From assembly GCF_009914755.1 (NCBI RefSeq), contig NC_060933.1: a stretch of 64,000 nt of DNA; one strand, 5' to 3'. The translations under genes were made by a program, and so were the position numbers. This DNA is from the human T2T-CHM13v2.0 reference genome, Homo sapiens. The notes under the pieces are model-generated. The model worked only from the letters and a program-made list of their open reading frames with translations. It searched no databases and was not told where the DNA came from. Below are positions 62,500-64,000 of the stretch, in pieces (position 1 is the first letter of the stretch; every line of letters begins with the position of its first letter).

Positions 62500-64000
62500 T
62501 CTATCTTTTCAGAAAACCAACTCTTAGATTTGTTAATCTTTTCCATCATTTTTATAGTTTCTATGTCATTTATTTCTGCTGTGAACTTCATTTTTTCCTT
62601 CCTTCTGTTAGCTTTGGGCTTTGTTCTTCTTTTTCTAGTTCCTTGAGGTGTAATGTAATGTTGTTTGACATCTTTCTTCCTTTTTGATGTAGGTATTTAT
62701 TGCTATAAACTTCCCTCTTATAACTGCTTTTGCTGCATTTAATACTGACTATAATAAGATACGATGTAATAGATTTCAAGGAATTATGTATTTTTGAATA
62801 AATTAATTCTTTAAAGTTGCATATCCAGTTGCAGATGAACTTCAAAAATCTTGCAGTTTTATATCTGTTACAGTAATTGCCAGGTTTTGTTGTTGTTGTT
62901 TTGATACATTAGAAGTTCTAGAATTGTTATATCCTCTTGATGAATTAATCCCTTTATCATTCTAGAATTACCTTGTCTCTTTACTGTTTGTGACTTAAAG
63001 TCTGTTGTATCTGATATACCTTTGCATGGAATATCTTTTTCTATCCCTTTACTTTCAGTCTATGTGTATCTTTAAAGGTGAGATGAGGTTTTGTAAGTGG
63101 CATGTAGTTGGGTCATGTTTTTTAATCCATTTAGCCATTCTCTATCTTTTAAGTGGAAAGTTTAATCTATTTACATTCAAGTTTATTCTTGATATGTGAA
63201 GGCTTATTCCTGTCATTTTATTAATTGATTTCTGGTTGTTCTGTAGGTCCTTTGTTCTTTTCTTTCTCTCATATTGTTTAGCATTGTGGTTTGTTGGTTT
63301 TCTATAGTGATAACATTTGAATCCTTTCTTGTCTGTGTGTGTTTGCTTTACCAGTGGGTTTGATACTTTCGTCATCTGTTTTTCATAATGGTAGTAATTG
63401 TCCTTTTTGTTTGTTTGTTTGTTTCTTTTTTGAGACAGGGTTTTGCTCTTGTTCTGTCCTCCAGGCTGGAGTGCAGTGGTGTGATCATGGCTCACTGCAG
63501 CCTCGACCTCCATGGTCTCAGGTGATCCTTCTGCCTCAGCCTCTCAGGTAGCTGGGACTACAGAAACCTGCCACCATGCCTGGCTAATTCTTTTGTATTT
63601 TTCGTAGACATGGGGTTTTGCCATGTTGTCCAGGCTGCTCTTGAACTCCTGGGCTCAAGCAGTCTGCCTGCCTCAGCCACCCAAAGTGCTAGGATTACAG
63701 GCTTGAGCCACTGTGCCTGGCCTGACATTGTTCTTTGACTTCCATATGTAGAACTCCCTCAAGCATTTCTTGTAGGTCTGGTCTAGTAGTGTTGAATTCC
63801 TCAGCTTTTGCTTGCCTCAGAAAAACTATTTTTCCTTTGCTTAATGAAGGATAATTTTGCTGGGTATAGTATCCTTGACTTGCAGGTTTTTTTCTTTCAG
63901 CACTTTTCATATATCGTTCCATTCTCTTCCTGGCCTGTAATGATTCTGCTGAGAAATCTGCTGTTAGTCTGATGGAGCTTCCCTTAGAAGTGACTAGACT
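62500..64000 (-). mobile_element. Old L1 fragments with nested AluJ (~63405-63722)
   Basis: Minus ORFs resemble L1 proteins (LHLKELEKEEQ..PK; ISRINLNVNRLNFPLKR). Confidence 0.8.

Overview
Human genomic DNA covering the upstream region, CpG-island promoter, non-coding exons 1-2 and most of the large intron 2 of JAK2 (+ strand). The gene was recognised from the 5'UTR sequence, and the exon junctions have canonical GT/AG ends. The coding exons lie beyond the window, so no host CDS is called. Most of the rest is transposon-derived: about 25 Alus including a young AluYb8, L1, L2, MIR, MaLR/ERVL LTRs, MER5, Tigger-type elements and MADE1. The main non-routine observations are: (i) two near-perfect local inverted duplications, 122 bp at 20.6/21.3 kb and ~52 bp bracketing the upstream part of the promoter; (ii) a 5'UTR whose only in-window AUGs are AUG-UGA start-stop elements; (iii) a single AUG in the upstream alternative first exon whose G appears to coincide with a known disease SNP; and (iv) a tail-less internal L1 ORF2 fragment flanked by a target-site duplication. 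Repeat subfamily names, SNP identities and transcript annotations come from recall and were not checked against databases.
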